From an uncultured virus (IMG/VR IMGVR_UViG_2061766007_001353) (lineage: Duplodnaviria; Heunggongvirae; Uroviricota; Caudoviricetes), in the IMG/VR virus record IMGVR_UViG_2061766007_001353: 37,916 bases of DNA, one strand, 5' to 3'. A program made the position numbers and the translations under genes. Below, piece after piece: positions 37,064 through 37,916 of this stretch. Below the pieces are notes generated by a model. That model ran no database searches. It had not been told where the DNA came from and saw nothing but the letters and a program-made list of their open reading frames with translations. How positions within the stretch are numbered: position 1 is the stretch's first letter; each line of letters opens with the position of its first letter.

Positions 37064-37354
37064 CTATTTCATGTTATGTAAACCAAGGTCATATAAACTA
37101 TGCTTTATTAACCCATCATCTGTATTAGTTTCAGTCTGTGATTCATTTCTATTTACTGTAATAATACAACTTGTATGTTTGATCCAAGACTTAGAACCCC
37201 TTTTATCTACTTGTATCTTACCACCCTCATTATTAATAGCAACAACTTTACCTAATTCAAAAGTTACAGCACTGTTGTAACCACCTTTAATATGTACTAC
37301 CCAATCACCTAATTGAATAGGTCTAAGTAATCTGTCTAGTACCTGTTTATCCAT
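37064..37354 (-). CDS. Hypothetical SH3/KOW-like protein
   Basis: IQLGDWVV..GKVVAI; AGGAG RBS before MDKQV. Confidence 0.5.
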   Translation of the reverse strand: MDKQVLDRLLRPIQLGDWVVHIKGGYNSAVTFELGKVVAINNEGGKIQVDKRGSKSWIKHTSCIITVNRNESQTETNTDDGLIKHSLYDLGLHNMK

Positions 37355-37379
37355 GTTTAGTTCTCCTATTGTGTTTAGT

Positions 37380-37724
37380 TTATACTTCATTTTGTAACTG
37401 TTCTAATCTTGCTAATCTGTCTTTCATATCTGCTATTTTTCTTCTTAATATTAATTTAGCAGGTTGTATTGCAGATATACTAACTTGTTTCTGATTATTT
37501 TCATCAACAATGTTAGAAATATTAGAGTTTCCGTCAACTTTACACAAAATATCTAAAGTAACTTTATCTCCACTAATATATTTTACTGTCGCAAAACAGT
37601 TATATTCAGATTTCCCTGTTGAGCTTGTATATACTACAAAGTCGCCAACACTGAACTTAATATCATCTAACGTATCGTCATTTGCTATTGCAGATTTCCA
37701 GTCTGTGTATTTTCTTTTACTCAT
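37380..37724 (-). CDS. Hypothetical SH3/KOW-like protein
   Basis: FSVGDFVVY..ATVKYI; AGGAG RBS; first gene after promoter module C. Confidence 0.55.
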   Translation of the reverse strand: MSKRKYTDWKSAIANDDTLDDIKFSVGDFVVYTSSTGKSEYNCFATVKYISGDKVTLDILCKVDGNSNISNIVDENNQKQVSISAIQPAKLILRRKIADMKDRLARLEQLQNEV

Positions 37725-37743
37725 ATTAATTCTCCTTTTATTA

Positions 37744-37821
37744 CTGCTTATATATTATATATTCCACGTTTTACATGTTTTATAACATACTTTAGTTTAT
37801 TAATTTACAATTTGTTACAAA
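37744..37821 (-). promoter_or_regulatory. Repeated promoter module, copy C
   Basis: TATATTCCAC..ATGTTTTATAACA (37758-37787), 16-nt spacer, TTTACAAT-TT-GTTACAAA (37804-37821). Confidence 0.8.
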
Positions 37822-37846
37822 GCAGTACATATTATTGTACTGCTTT
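37819..37846. terminator. Hairpin, probable terminator
   Basis: AAAGCAGTACA-TATTAT-TGTACTGCTTT. Confidence 0.6.
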
Positions 37847-37916
37847 AACTTACTATTCCTAATTATATTATATTATATATCAGATACTGTTAATAACAAG
37901 GTTCTATTATTCAAAT

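Noticed and set aside
2592..37785. Antisense ORFs in the track (e.g. 2874-3254, 9112-9417, 12555-12884, 29207-29518)
   Set aside because: They are shadows of better-supported genes on the opposite strand, lacking RBS and realistic composition.
29120..37821. WalR box interpretation of the TGTAA repeats
   Set aside because: WalR sites have an 11-nt period (TGTWAH-N5-TGTWAH); these have a 10-nt period.
1..37916. Stop-codon reassignment (code 15 or 4) as in some gut phages
   Set aside because: Coding density is high in the standard code and recognisable genes end properly at TAG (cca, MTase) and TGA (both tnpB). The amidase break also needs a frame change, which readthrough would not supply.
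1..37916. CRISPR array, rRNA, integrase or reverse transcriptase
   Set aside because: No regular repeat-spacer series or matching motifs were seen in the sequenced part.

Overview
This is an AT-rich, gene-dense segment of what looks like a large tailed-phage genome. It is a scaffold with many N-gaps, several flanked by duplicated haplotype sequence. The + strand (1-6400) carries a translationally coupled array of small tail/head-fibre-tip paralogues, a three-domain GroES-like protein, small hypotheticals, a membrane-anchored lytic transglycosylase and an amidase whose frame is broken by a 7-nt TGG-TGA-A-TGG arrangement. The - strand (6500-37900) carries two paralogous virion fibre proteins, orphan core genes and a nucleic-acid metabolism cluster (N6-MTase, thymidine kinase, CCA/HD enzyme, UDG-like protein, Pol-beta nucleotidyltransferase, AEP-like protein). 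It also carries two TnpB elements (IS200/IS605-type and IS607-type) and a long run of small early-type ORFs. The best leads are: (1) a possible translational stop-hop that would restore the amidase HWTAG motif; (2) a repeated promoter module with an HLR1/RpaB-type box at fixed spacing, which with the protein motifs suggests a Melainabacteria (Gastranaerophilales) host; (3) the triple-GroES co-chaperonin; (4) the modular fibre-tip cassette array; (5) a TnpB whose predicted guide seed also matches its own left junction. All protein calls come from reading motifs by eye; no searches were run.
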